NCBI GenBank assembly: GCA_052327205.1
Contig: CM126205.1
Span: forward strand, 299,956,001 to 300,020,000
Direction of reading: 5' to 3'
DNA: 64,000 nt
Source of the DNA: Somniosus microcephalus
Taxonomy: Eukaryota
Positions within the stretch are counted from its first letter, which is position 1. Every line of letters begins with the position of its first letter. The notes under the pieces are model-generated. The model ran no database searches. It saw only the letters and a list, made by a program, of their open reading frames with translations, and was not told where the DNA came from. Positions 1 through 12,399 of the stretch are shown one piece after another. The position numbers and the translations under genes are program-made.

Positions 1-620
1 AAGTCCCTTTGCGCGCGCCAAAAATTCAGTAGCGCCGCGCCCAAACGGCTGCCGGCGCTACTGAAGGGTTTTAGCGCCTGAAAACTGGCGCAACGCGCCG
101 CATTGCGGCGCTATTCCAGCGCTGCGGCGCCCGCTGCGGTGCGGCAGGCTCGGGAAGTGCAGGCCTCCTCCTTCCGTTAAGGAGGAGCTGCCTGCACCCG
201 GCCGCGGCCCATGCAAATCTCTTCAAAAATGAGCCCGGCACCTCGGACAAGTGCCGGGCTTGCATCTGTTCCGGGGGGGGGGAGAAGTCCGGGGAGGGAG
301 CTGCGGGCAGGCGGCCGGCGGGAAAGCGGCCGGCCGCCGCGCCTCCTTAAAGCGCCGGCGCAGACTCCGGCAACACTCGTTTGCCGGAGTCTTAGTTGCG
401 GCTGCCACTGGCGAGGCGGCCGCAACTGAATTTCGGCTTGGGGCCGGGTTACCACGGCAACCGGGACGCTGCGCACACCGATGACGTCATCGGTGCTGGC
501 GCAGCGCTACCGGTCTACCGCCGCGGAAGGGCCCCAGGCAATTTAGGAACCGGCGCCAATTGCAGCGCTAGGCCCTCTAGCGCCGCAAAATCGGTGCTAA
601 GGGCACTGAATTTCTAGGCC
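1..620. mobile_element. GC/CpG-rich PIF/Harbinger-type MITE, left end outside the window; related to 23483-24193
   Basis: Ends in AATTTCTAGGCC, the reverse complement of the GGCCTAGAAATT terminus at 23483. It shares internal blocks such as gctgcgcacaccgatgaYgtcatcggt. Confidence 0.75.
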
Positions 621-805
621 CAAGTCTCTGGACAGTCAGAAGTATCTGAGCTGCTCCAGAGCCCCGTGCGGTTTCGAATCGCTCCCCTTTTCTGGTTCTG
701 ACCGCTGGACTTATTCAGTAGCGATGTAGACAAAACGAGACTCGTGGTTGGGTGCAAAGAAGACCAGTAGTTATTGAAATAAAAGGAAATAAATTGAAAA
801 TAATC

Positions 806-965
806 AATACAGCACACCTATGCTTAATACAGCACTATTTTGCTTAATACAACACTCTTTACTTAATACAGCACTTTTACCTAGTGCGGCACACTTTTAC
901 TTAATACAGTACACTTTTGCTTACTACAGCACTCTTTTGCTTAGTACAACACTCTATTACTTAAT
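806..965. repeat. Minisatellite, about 8 copies of a 20-bp unit (AATACAGCACTCTTTTGCTT-like)
   Basis: Head-to-tail degenerate copies with no spacers. Confidence 0.85.
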
Positions 966-2097
966 AGGGGAGAGGAAACGGACACATCGAGGGAAAATTG
1001 ACTAAAATTACAATTTTAACAAAATTCCCCTTAATTTCCACCCCTAATACCTATCTAAGTTGCCTTGTACTGGGCCAGAAAATCTATGCTCACCAGTGAA
1101 ACGCCTGCTCTGTGCCCCTGCGGTCTGTATTCGTCACTGCCCCGAAGTAGAGATACCCCATTATTTAAAAGTAACTGCTGGTATTCTACTTCTTTTGGGC
1201 GGGCTTGCTGAGCTGTTCTTCTCTGGGCAGGGCACAGAGGTGAGGTGGCAGAGAGAGAGAATGGCTTCCCGAGAGGCTATCTATATACCCCAATTGGGAG
1301 CTGAAATCTTTGCGCCCAAATCCGGATGTATCTGGGCTATACAAAAGGGAATCGATCTGTCCCCATTGACTGTGATGGGTTTTAATGTATTCCCCATTCA
1401 TTGACTGGTTTGAATAAAGCTGTCTCAGTTTGAAAAAACATGTCTGTTTCCTTAAGTGCTGAGTAAACAGCCCTTGGATGTTAGTGTAAACAAATCCAAT
1501 TGCCCTGCGGTCCCGCCCAACTGCAATTGATTGACAGTCTCAAGTACTTAACCTCTTGAGTCAACATTGTAAGAGTTCGTGTAAACAAACATCCATTGTC
1601 CTGCGGTGAAACTTCCTAAACTGCAGTTGATTGACAGTTTAAATACCTCATTACTTCAGAGGCTGTTTTTTTTTCAAATCCTTTATCAGCCATCTTTGAT
1701 TTTCCTTCCACATACACACAGGCTGTGTTGTGTCTTTTGCCACGAGGCCAGACAGCCATCTTTTGATGCCCTGGATTTTTAAGGTATATTCTACCCAGGT
1801 TTTCTTTAATCAAAAATATAATCTTCGGGGCTGTATAAATTTTGGAAATTCTTGCGAAACCTTACACAGTGCAGCCTTCAATTACTACCACATATTATTT
1901 ATATATATAATATATATAGAACACATTATTAGAACACAATGTATAACTGGCACACCAAACTATATTGATTTTACTACATCAAACTTAATACATGAGCTAT
2001 GATATTTGAAACAAAAACTTACTTAACTCAGTTAATCATGCAAAATCAATGGGACTTACTTGTACAGTAATTGAAGTAAGGGAATCTAAAAAATGAC

Positions 2098-2867
2098 AGC
2101 CTGGAGTTTTCACATGATTTCTGCCCAGACATCAACGCAATTTGGGTGGAATCGACTGAAATAGCACAAAAGATCGCGGAATTTAAAACGTAAGGGAGTT
2201 ACGCTCATAACCACTTACGCTCGAGGTCCCACCATCTTTTATGCTGGGTCAAAAGTCAATTCCCCCCGAAGCAGTTGCCTGCCCAAGAAACTGATCATGC
2301 CCCCCAGGTCAACATGGCAAGTTTCCGCTGATTGCATCCATTTGTGGGTGTTCACATTGTGCCCGGAATTTCAGGTACCCGTGGTCATATTAGTCCATCA
2401 TTAATGACCTACAGCTGCAGGGATCAGCAGTCAATTGAAGCCTCACTCTGGTCTGTTTCTCATACTGATACTGAAATTACTTTAAATTACTTTAAATTCA
2501 GTTTAAATGAGTTCAAATGCAGTCAATTGATCAGCCCGTGGTACATAAGACCTGTGACTAGCAGTCAATTGTAAACCACTGATTCACCTGTTTCTTCCAA
2601 CTGCTGCAATTACTTGAACACATTATCAGTTTAAATTAGTATCATTCACTAATCTTGAGGTCCCATTGGCCATGTTCCAGTCAATAATTGATTACGTTTG
2701 ATTACGTTGCTCGAATGCATTGATTAATGGGAGATTTTACCTTTGGGCTTAAGTAAATGAGATTGCATAGAAATTTGGGTGTAACTTCATCTCACCAAAT
2801 CCGGTACAGTGTCCACTGCATTCCAGGTGCATTTTCCCAATTGCGCCCCTAGCGGAAACTCCAGGTG
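2098..2867. mobile_element. Degenerate MITE, probably Harbinger-type
   Basis: Inverted ends cctggagttt ... aaactccagg. Confidence 0.45.
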
Positions 2868-2879
2868 CAGATGTTTTAC

Positions 2880-5030
2880 TTAGGATTACATAGGATATAC
2901 AGCACAGCAACAGGCCATTCGGCCCAACCAGTCCATGCCAGCGTTTATGCTCCACTCGAGCCTCCTCCCGTCTTTCCTCATTTAAATCTATCAGCATAAC
3001 CCTCTCTTTGGCAGCCACAAGTGCCCTTCTCCCTCATATGTTTGTCTAGCCTCCCCTTAAATGCATCTATACTTTTCACTTCAACCGCTCCCTGTGGTAG
3101 CGAGTTCCACATGCTCACCTCTCTTTGAGTAAAGAAGTTTCTTCTGAATTCCCTATTAGATTTCTTGGTGGCTATCTTATATTGATGGCCTCTAGTTAAG
3201 CTCTTCCCCACAAGTGGAAACATTCTCTATGTATCTACTCTATTAAAATGTTTCATAATTTTAAAGACCTCAATTATGTCACCCCTCAGCCTTTTTTCAA
3301 GAGAAAAGAGACCCAGCCTGTTCATCCTTTCCTGATATGTATACCCTCACATTTCTGGTATCAACCTTGTAAATCTTCTCTGTACCCGCTCCAGTGTCTC
3401 TATATCCTTTTTATAATTAGGCGACCAGAACTGTATGTAGTACTCTAAGCGTGGTCGATACAGGTTTAGCATAACTTCCCTACTTTTCAATTCTATACCT
3501 CTTGAAAGTGCTTGGTTTGCTTTTTTTATGGCCTTGCTAACCTATGTCGCAACTTTAAGTGATTTGTGTATTTGTTCTCTGAGATCCCCTTGTTCCTCTA
3601 CCCCACCTAGACGCACACCCTCCAAGTAATAAGTGACCTCTCTATTCTTCCTACCAAAATGTAATACCTCACATTTATCTGTGTTGAACTTCATTTGCCA
3701 ATTATATGCTCATTCTGCAAGTTTATTAATGTCCTCCTGTAATTTGTTGCAGTCCTCTTCAGTATTGACTATTCCCCCCAATTTGGTGTCATCTGCAAAT
3801 TTAGAAATTGTGTTTTTGATTCCAAAGTCTAAATCATTAAGTAAATTGTGAACAACGGTGGTCCCAGCACTGATCCTTGTGGAACACCACTACCCACCTT
3901 CTGCCACTGTGAATAGCTACCCTTTACCCCTACTCTCTGCTTGAAGCCAGCTATCTATCCATTCTGCTACTTGTCCCCTGACTCCGCATTCTCTGACCTT
4001 GTTCATCAGTCTATTATGTGGTACTTTATCGAAGGCCTTTTGAAAATCTAGATAAATTACATCCACTACATTACCCTTGTCTACTCTCTCTGTTACCTCT
4101 TCAAAAATGTCAGTGAGGTTGGTCAAGCAAGACTTTCCCTTTTGAAATTCATGGTGTCTATTTGTTACTATGTTTTTGGTTTCTAGATGTTCTTCTAGGG
4201 AGGATTTACCCCCTCCCTTTCCAAGTTCCTCTCCAGCCACCATGAGATATCCCTTACCAGGTAGGCAACACACCCTTCGGGATTCTCTTTCTTGGCTGCA
4301 GAGGATGCTATCTATCCCCCTAATTATAGAGTCCCCTATCACTACCACATTTCTATCCTGCTCTTCCCCCCCCCCCACTTGGACAGCCTTCTGAGCCATG
4401 GTGCCTTGGTCTGCATTGTGGCTGTCCTCCCTGCAGTCTTTCTCCTTGTCCTCACAGGTAGTGAGTACTTTGTACCTGTTGGACAGGACCAGTGTCTGTG
4501 GGACCTCCTTCTCAACCTCTCCTAAATCCCTGCTACCTGGCTCCCTAGCAGTCACACCCTCCCCTTCCTGAACCTGTGCTTTCCTCTGGGGTGTAACTGC
4601 ATTCTGAATAAAACTGTCCAGAAATTCCTCCCCCTCCCTTATGTGTCGGCGTGTCTCCAACTCGCACTCCAGCTCAATGACTCTGAGCCGGAGAGATTCG
4701 AGATGGAGACATCTCCTGCAGACGCGTTCGCTCGGGATAGTCTCGCTGTCCACAAACTCCCACAACCTGCAGTCCAGACACACAACCTGCCCTGTCATAT
4801 CTTAGTCTAGCCTTATTTTATTTATTTAATTAGTTAAAGTCTTCATTCAATGATTATTTATAGTTAGATCAATTAGTTTAACTAGTTAAGCTATAAATTT
4901 AATACAGTACTTTGTAGTTTCCCACCTAGTTTAAACCACTATCCTAGGTTAAAGAGAAAAGAGAGAAAAAAAACATTAATACTCACCAACCAATCACCTA
5001 CCTGCTGTCCTGTGATTTCACTCCTTGTTT
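2880..5030 (-). mobile_element. Internally deleted CR1 LINE: 5' region, partial ORF1 (zinc finger, leucine zipper, GDS esterase), 3' part of ORF2 RT and 3' tail
   Basis: ORF 3917..4798 contains CxxC..CxxC, VVVIGDSIIRG and CCLPG, then KGKSCLTNL and YLDFQKAFDKVPH. An FADD motif lies near 3790, RNFFTQR..WNSLP near 3100, and a CR1 3' tail near 2880-2960. Confidence 0.9.
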
Positions 5031-6127
5031 TTTGGAAATCGGCGAAGGTTCGGCCGCCGCTGATACCGTCTCCAATTAGGTCTGCGCTGCCTGGTCTCCT
5101 GTCATTTTAAGTACCGTCGCCAATTATGTATAAATATGGACTGTACTTTTTATATTTGATTCTAGCTTGCTTTTGCTGCTTGACCACATGGAACACAGTA
5201 TCAGTGTAAAATAATTTTTTAAAACACCAAGACGTTTGGAAAAGATTTCCGGAAATCTAATTGAGTTTTAAATATTTTTTTATTGGAGTTTTGCTTGAAG
5301 TAGACAATTACTCTACAGACCACAAATCTTTGTTATGAGATTACTCATTTTTAGTTTCCTCTATAACTCGATCAAAATAAAATTAACAAGAACGTAAATG
5401 TTATTCCAGTTGCTTAATCGATCCATACCAATTTTGTTAAGTTTTATTGCTGTTTTCCTTTTATTTGTTAAATTCATGAACATTATATTTCCAGTTTACT
5501 TACAACTATATTTATATTCAACATGATGTAATTACATTTTTAAACCTGTATCACTGCACAGTCTAAACTTATTTACATTGGAATCGAATGCAAATGCCTA
5601 CTTATTTAATGCAGATGGGTTAATTTGATGTAATTTAAGTGTAGCTCCAGAGTTTATACACATCTTGCACAATAAAACATTTCAATACTTTCAAAATGGA
5701 CCATTCTGCCATTCCCGTGCTGTTATCGGCTTTGTGATTTTAAAACTGCTAAGCATGCCTCATTAAATAATCTTGGGCAACTACAATAGAGTAGCTTGCC
5801 CTATTCAGACCAGGCTACTCTCTTGCTGCACACCTAGGACCTTGTGTATCGAGCTTGATTGATACTCTTCTAGACTAATGATTTTGATGCATGTAGTGAT
5901 GAATATATTTACCAACGTCATGTTAGCTGACACAGCAAGCATTCATTTATTATTTATTTTTTCCTTACATTGTTTTTTAGCCCCCCCCCCCCACCTTCTT
6001 GAGTTTGAATTTTCCTTGGTGCACATTTATTGCACGCATAAACAAGTGTCAGAGATAGTAACCCTAAAAAAATACATTTTGGCTAATATTTATGTTTTAA
6101 AATGTAATTTTTGGTTTTGTCTTGCAG

Positions 6128-6196
6128 ATATCCCGTCACAGGCGAAACCACTCTCAGCACAACCTTACAGAAATTACTGGGATGGTGGATCAGTCT
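6128..6196 (+). CDS. ARHGAP15: ARHGAP15 internal coding exon (equivalent to human exon 3), 69 nt, phase 0/0: ISRHRRNHSQHNLTEITGMVDQS
   Basis: Acceptor ttttgtcttgcag and donor gtaagt. The peptide ISRHRRNHSQH matches the recalled human ARHGAP15 segment just before the PH domain, and the exon splices in frame to the next one. Confidence 0.93.
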
Positions 6197-7114
6197 GTAA
6201 GTGTTCTGTACTGGAAGAGTTAGCTTACATGTCTTCTGGTTGAGTGTATTTCCTATCACATATGGGGAAACCAGAGGCTTTTATTTGTTAAAGAAAAGAA
6301 TTGAAAGACTTGTGCTGGCATGTGTAAGTGTGGTTTGTTGGATAAATATATATTTTCAGGCTACTGCCCATGTCTGGAAGTAAGTAAAGTATAACACACA
6401 CTAATCATACTGTCGAGATTGTTCCAGCATCAATTTCTTCTACCTGGAACTTGGTCATAGAAAGCCGTTGACCTCAATATACCACCAGCACATTGCAAGT
6501 GACAAGGCCGCATGTCACTTTGATTACAATGGGAAATGGTCTTTCAAAGGTAAACTTATTCATGCTCTCAGGGGTTTGTTTTTGACATGTTGATCCCATA
6601 AAGGTTACATACTGTGACATGAAATTTAGTATGTGGACATGATTAACTAAAAAAGAGGAGCTAGTTGACCAGACTGGAGTCTCTTCCTTCATGTACCCAA
6701 TTAATGACTTCCTAGTGTCTCATCCCATACTGCTGCCCTCTAACTGACAACTCCTATCCTGTCTTTCTGTGACTGGCTCATTGTTTTCATTTGCTTGAAT
6801 GTACTATTCTACCTAAAAGCAGTGATCAACATCAAAATGCCAAAAATGATCAACTGTAGCTTGCCAATATTATGTTATATACTACCTGTGGGCACAGATA
6901 CTTGCAGGATACTTCTGGTTCCATCTTAGTTCTGCCTGAAGTGATTCACACAATTCAAAGTAACTCTATTGCCCATGAATAGCGCACTTGCTTCAATCTC
7001 TAAAACATACTGTAAAATCACACAGGACACCATTATTTTGCAGTACTGAGTAAGAAACAGCTTCATTTACAAATTTACTTCCTAAGTATACAGTTTAACA
7101 GAGTAAAAGAATGA

Positions 7115-7440
7115 ACTTTCATTCACATAGCGCCTTTCATGACCTCAGGATGTCCCAAAGCACTTCACAGCCAACAAAATGCTTTTGCAGTGTAGTCACT
7201 GTTGTAATGTAGGAACACAGCAGCCAATTCACGCACAGCAAGCTCCCACAAACAGCAATGTGATAATGAACAGATGATCTGTTTTTGTGATGTTGGTTGT
7301 GGGATAAATGTTGGCAGGACACCTGGAAGAACACCCCTGCTTTTCTTAGAAATAGTGCCATGGGATCTTTTACATCCATGACCTTGGTTTAACGTCTCAT
7401 CTGAAAGATGGTGACTCCAACAGTGCAGCACTCCTTCAGG
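7115..7440 (-). mobile_element. SacSINE1/DeuSINE-type SINE, partial
   Basis: Reverse complement of the copy at 42852-43218: Deu-domain-like core and an L2-like tail (gtcctgaggtcatgaaaggcgctat). Confidence 0.75.
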
Positions 7441-7541
7441 GCATCACGAGGACAAGTGATTTTATCATTATTCAGGTCTACTCAGAAATAAACATTTTCA
7501 CTACCGTCAATACTTGGGTAGTAAATTGTGTTACCTGCATT

Positions 7542-8077
7542 AACAACAACAACTTGTATTTATAGAGTGCCTTTAACATAGTAAAATGTCCCAAGGCACT
7601 TTACAGGAGCGTTATGAAAGAACATTTGACACCGAGCCACTTAAGAAGATATTAGGGCAGATGGCCAAAAGCTTGGTCAAAGAGGTAGGTTTTAAGGAGC
7701 GTCTTAAAGGAGGAGAGTGAGGCAGAGAGGCAAAGAGCTTTAGAGAGGTGGAGCGATTAAAATTGGGGCTACTCAAGAGGCCAGAATTAGAGAAGCGCAG
7801 ATATCTCGGAGGATTGTAGGGCTGGAGGAGATTACAGGGATAGGGAGGGGCGGGGCCATGGAGGGAATTGAAAACAAGGATGAAAATTTTAAAATGGAGG
7901 CGTTACTTAACTGGGAGCCAATGTAGGTCAGTGAGCACAGAGGTGATGGGCGAACAGGACTTGGTGCGAGTTAGGACACGGGCAGCAGATTTATGGATGA
8001 CCTCAAGTTTTCGGAGGGTGGAACGTGGGAGGCTGGCCAGGAGTGCGTTGGAATAGTCAAGTCCAGAGGTAACAAAT
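7542..8077 (-). mobile_element. L2-clade LINE 3' fragment
   Basis: (ACA)n tail followed by an L2-type 3' end. The minus strand encodes decayed L2 ORF2 C-terminal sequence (VTSGLDYSNALL...). Confidence 0.75.
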
Positions 8078-8226
8078 GTAGAAATGCATAAAAATTGTTA
8101 TGGGATCACATGCCATGCCAAATCAGTTGACCTTAATATAACTGAACTGATTTTTTTGTTTTATTTAGTAGTTATTTACTGTTTACATGGTTCATTTTCA
8201 ACTGTATATTATTGTGTTGATTTCAG

Positions 8227-8297
8227 TGTTTACAACCACTGGAGAAAAATGGATTCCTTAATAAAGCAAAGATTACAGAGGGAGGCAAAAAACTGAG
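8227..8297 (+). CDS. ARHGAP15: ARHGAP15 coding exon (equivalent to human exon 4), 71 nt, phase 0/2: CLQPLEKNGFLNKAKITEGGKKL(R), start of the PH domain
   Basis: Acceptor gatttcag and donor AG|gtatgt. EKNGFLNKAKITEGGKKLR resembles human EKEGYLQKAKIADGGKKLR. Confidence 0.92.
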
Positions 8298-8641
8298 GTA
8301 TGTTTGAACAGCTTCTGCTCTTTCTGTTCTGCATTGGCAGGCATCCAGTATTAGTTTGGCTGCCATTAGGTTTGTTAAGACACTGCCTATTTTTATGTTA
8401 AATGTTTTACTTTATTCTGCTTTCTTTCAATTTTCATAGAGGATATCACTAATGCAATTAGCAGTATGAATGTTCAATCCAAAGAGACCTCTGGTGTATT
8501 ATACTATTCTGTTCATTAAGCTCTCTTGTGTAATCTAGAACACAATTTATGTCTGTCTGCAACCAGCAGTGACAATATTTGACTGGAATGATAATGGCTT
8601 TGATGGGTATATAGGCAAGCATTTTACCATGAAGAGACTTT

Positions 8642-9333
8642 AGGGTAGAAATTGGACCTTGTTGCACCCGTTTTATGAACTCAAAATGGTCACAATGAGG
8701 GCCAGTTTCAGAGACCAATGTCTTGCACTACAAGGACGTATGCAAGATGTCCGACCCGATATTAGGTCGGGCTGTTTTTCAGGCAAATGGGCCTAAAACA
8801 GACATTAAGCCCTTTGCATATACTAATGAGGAAACTAACACTTGTTTTAGAACCCCCTCAGAACAATTGAGTTGCCCTGAATGGAATACCTGTGCATCTG
8901 CTCCCCCACCCCACCCCAGGTTTTCCAAGTATGAATGTGGTCCAAGAAGCAACTACCACCAAAAAGTTGATTATTTTTAGGTTTGTTATGGAGCAAGGAG
9001 GAGCAGGAATGCCTCATTTCTGAGGGCCACTGTTATCCTACAATTGGCCCCCTCCCATTCTCCTCTCCCTGGGACGTATCTTTAGACTGTTGCCGGCGAA
9101 GAAAGTGGCCAGACATTGATCTTTCAAAATGAGTCTCATTTAGAGCTGCCTGTGGAGGTACGACAGGCATTGGCAGCTCGCCTAAATGATGTTATTGAAG
9201 CCCGAGGCCCAAATTTGGGCCAGCTTCAGGCCTCCATGCACCCCAATAGCCCCAAAAACAGGCCTGAGGGAAGTTGCACCTCTTTAGGTCACCAAGGGGC
9301 TGAGGTTGCATTACGTGATCCAATTTGCACTCT
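8642..9333. mobile_element. Harbinger-type MITE, degenerate
   Basis: Ends agggtagaaattgga ... tccaatttgcactct. An internal ggagcaggaggagc-like core is shared with other MITEs in the window. Confidence 0.55.
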
Positions 9334-10661
9334 TCCCGGTGACAATAAATTTTTAACTTTAAAAGCATTGAAAATCAAATTTATACTGCAATCAGCGTAA
9401 AGGTAGTCTCTGATCACTTGGTTTTGTACAGTCGGGAGTCAGGTTGTGATAGTGGAAGTATAACTGCCCTAATAGACTTATACCATTTCCTTCTTTAACA
9501 GTCCAGATATATTGAGATTCTTGAAGTAGAAAGTTTGAAACTCAGAAGGATAAATAACCTTAATATCTCTTCTGATTCCCTAGAAGTTGTTGTCCTGTCT
9601 AGATCTATATATATTGCAGGTTAACGAGTGAACGGAATGTAATCCAGAAATGCTGTTTCCACTACACTTGCAAATTCTAATTTCACCAAAATAGTATTGT
9701 GCAATAACTGTTAAGTCTATAAATAGAACACAATTATCCCATTGCAAGGTAGCACTTTCTACTTCCTTTCAAGGCAAGTATTCTTAAAATGTCTGCCTAT
9801 ATTCCTGGTCAAGTCCACTGTTGGTGTGAGTGAAGTACATAGAACTAAATGTAATTCATGGAGGAACAGATGGTGGTACACTGTAAAATCTATCAAAAGA
9901 GGCAGGTCTGCTATTTAAAGTTTTCCATTATTAGAACTTCATTCATGAATATTATGATTTCCTCCCCTCCCCACTTTTACAGCCTGTTCATAACTGATTT
10001 CTGTCACTTGGATCAATTATTAAATGAATCTTTAGCTTATTTTCTACAATAATTTATTTGCTCCAGAGTAAACTATAGTCCCATTACCGTGACATTGATT
10101 TCCTCTTCTGCTATTCACAATTTTTCCCCTTAAATTAAAGGGTTATTCTTTCTGTTGCCCCAAGTCCAAGAAGTTTTGAAGAAAGAGGACAGAACGCTTA
10201 TCAGTACTCTCAATATTGCTACCATTGAGTTTAATTCAGAAGTCATTCTATGCTGCCAATTAAATTGTAGTTTCTTTCCAGATAACCTACCCCGTCCAAG
10301 AGCACTGATGCCAATTAAAAAGCCTTAGTCCATCACTCAAGTGCCTGTTCTATTATGTCTAAGAGCTGAAAATGTAATATTACAAAATTCTATCATTCAA
10401 TCATCTCAATCCTTACACACATATAATAAAAATTTGAAAATGGTATCTCTGAGCTGACATAAACAATTAATTTTCTTCCATTCATTCCAGCTATGTTCAT
10501 TAATCAGCGGCTTCCTGCCATTAAGACTGTAAGGCAGGATGTTTAAAGTGAATAAAAATGACATTGAAATTAGTATAATTTGTAATTTAGAGGATGGACT
10601 TAAATTGAGCAAGACGTTCAAGAGTACTGCAAAGGTATCTGTATTTCTTTCCTCTTCAGAG

Positions 10662-10960
10662 ATGAAGGGTATAAATTCAGATAAGGAATTGCAGGTTATT
10701 TTAGAGGAAGTAGAGATGAACATATGTATCATTCAGTTCTGAATGGTGCTTTGTCCCTCTTTATTTCCTTTAAGAATTCTGAGTTCATTCAGCAGGAGAT
10801 TCATTAATGTTGCCAAAAGTAACTGGCAGAACATCACTCAAAAACTGAGCATAGCTACCTCATGCAGGATGGGAGCGGTTTGAAGTGCACAACAAGAGGT
10901 AAGATTGGAAGATTCAGGTCAAAAAGAAGGCAGCCAAGATCAAGAGTCCTATGAATGCTA
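10662..10960 (+). pseudogene. Fossil Myb/SANT-like (trihelix) ORF of PIF/Harbinger type
   Basis: Frameshifted pieces SDKELQVILEEVEMN, KSNWQNITQKLS and EVHNKR*DWKIQVKKKAAKIK follow the NAIF1/MSANTD Myb-like pattern. Confidence 0.6.
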
Positions 10961-11435
10961 GAGAGGCAGCAACTCTCCTCTCCTTTGACTTCTTCAATGA
11001 AGAGTTTGTAGTATGATAGGAGATAGCAGTATTATGGAATCTCTACCTAAAAAGAACAATGTTATCAAAATATTATTGTCTATCCTAATAATTAATGCTT
11101 TCACAGTTCCCTTATTTACTCCTACCTTCTTTCTGGTCTTGCTGCTGTTGTAGGGGTGGGGTACATTTGTTACAAATTTTTAACGAATTTGATGGTATGC
11201 TTTGTATTTCTAAATGTGTAAATCTGTTCCTTGTTCCCCATTTACAATAAGATCTAAGAATCCTCTTCTCACAAACTATAACCATGTCTTGAAAATAGTT
11301 TCATTGCAATCATAATCCCCCCACATTCTTTGGAAATGGAAATTGTATCAAAGACCTGGAGGGAAGCAATTGTTACACCTCTAAACAAGAAATGATAAGC
11401 CAGTTTGTTTTGGCCCAGTTGTGGGTAAACCTCCA

Positions 11436-11616
11436 GGGAGTAATTTTCACTTTTGGCGCAGGTGGTAATGGGCAGGAGCAGATAGAGCGCCCATTCTACA
11501 CCCCCACAGTCATCCTTTCCATTGAAGTCAATGCAGAGGAATATCGGGCGGCGTGTTTAACAAGCGGCCAATCCGCTACCGCCAGATTCCGCCTGCACCG
11601 AAAGTGAAAATCCCCG
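11436..11616. mobile_element. Short MITE with a central CATTGAAGTCAATG palindrome
   Basis: Inverted ends attttcacttt ... aaagtgaaaat. Related short elements lie at 11848-12488, about 19961-20104, about 42740-42845 and about 58441-58530. Confidence 0.65.
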
Positions 11617-11938
11617 CCCCCCCCCCGCAGAGTTCATAATATGCAAGGAAATTAGTCAACTCTTGCAGCATTAGTTGACCAGCAATTCTAAAGGCTACAC
11701 CATGCTTGATTAATTTAACTGAATTTTTTAAGGAACCTGTAGAGTGTATTAATAAAATGAATGCACTGAATGTTGCATATCTGAATTTTGAAAAGGCGTT
11801 TCATAAGCTGCTGTTTAAGATACTTCTTGCAAAAATTAAGGCACATGGGGGTAGGTGTTTGTCTTTGCCTAGGTGGTAATCTGGCGGAGTGGAATGCTCG
11901 CCCTTTATAGAACCTGCTCGATTTTCGTTCCATTGAAA

Positions 11939-12399
11939 TTTTTTTTTTTTTTTCGTTTATGGGATGTGGGCGTCGCTAGCATTTATTGCCCATCCCTAGT
12001 TGCCCTTGAGAAGGTGATGGTGAGCCGCCTTCTTGAACCGCTGCAGTCCGTGTGGTGATGGTACTCCCACAGTGCTGTTAGGGAGGGAGTTCCAGGATTT
12101 TGATCCAGCGACGATTAAGGGAGGGCGATATACTTCCAAGTCAGTGTAGTGTAGTGTATGTACTTTGAAGAAGGAACTATATTCTGCAGCCCCTGTATGC
12201 TGCAGTACCAGTAGTGACCACCCCGGTATATAAGCCTGTGGAGTAACTTTGTATCGTAGTTCCAGTTTCGTCTCCATTCAGTAAACACCTGTTATAACCA
12301 ACTCCTGCAGTCCGTGTCTCAATTACACACAGACGTTACAGTCAGGATGGTGTGTGACTTGGAGGGGATTTGGAGGTGGTGGTGTTCCCATGCGCCTGC
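11939..12399 (-). mobile_element. 3' tail of the CR1-group LINE family also seen at 34571 and 60833
   Basis: Reverse complement of the ...caccaccttctcaagggcaactagggatgggcaataaatgc... tail, with poly(T). Confidence 0.85.
12145..12340 (+). mobile_element. Solo LTR, 196 bp, 5-bp TSD GTCAG
   Basis: Termini TGTA..TACA, GTCAG at 12140-12144 and 12341-12345, TATATAA near 12227 and AGTAAA near 12280. Removing it restores the LINE tail. Confidence 0.8.

Noticed and set aside
1-620. CpG-island-like promoter and overlapping GC-rich ORFs (also 23430-24790)
   Set aside because: These regions are bounded by TIRs and TSDs and are repeated within the window. The ORFs result from high GC content in MITEs.
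806-965. Regular 20-bp repeats resembling a CRISPR array
   Set aside because: The units are contiguous and degenerate, with no unique spacers and no cas genes, in a vertebrate intron.
5878-6243. 121-aa ORF, and ORF 8084..8296, as genes
   Set aside because: They overlap real ARHGAP15 exons in the wrong frame. The splice sites define the true frame.
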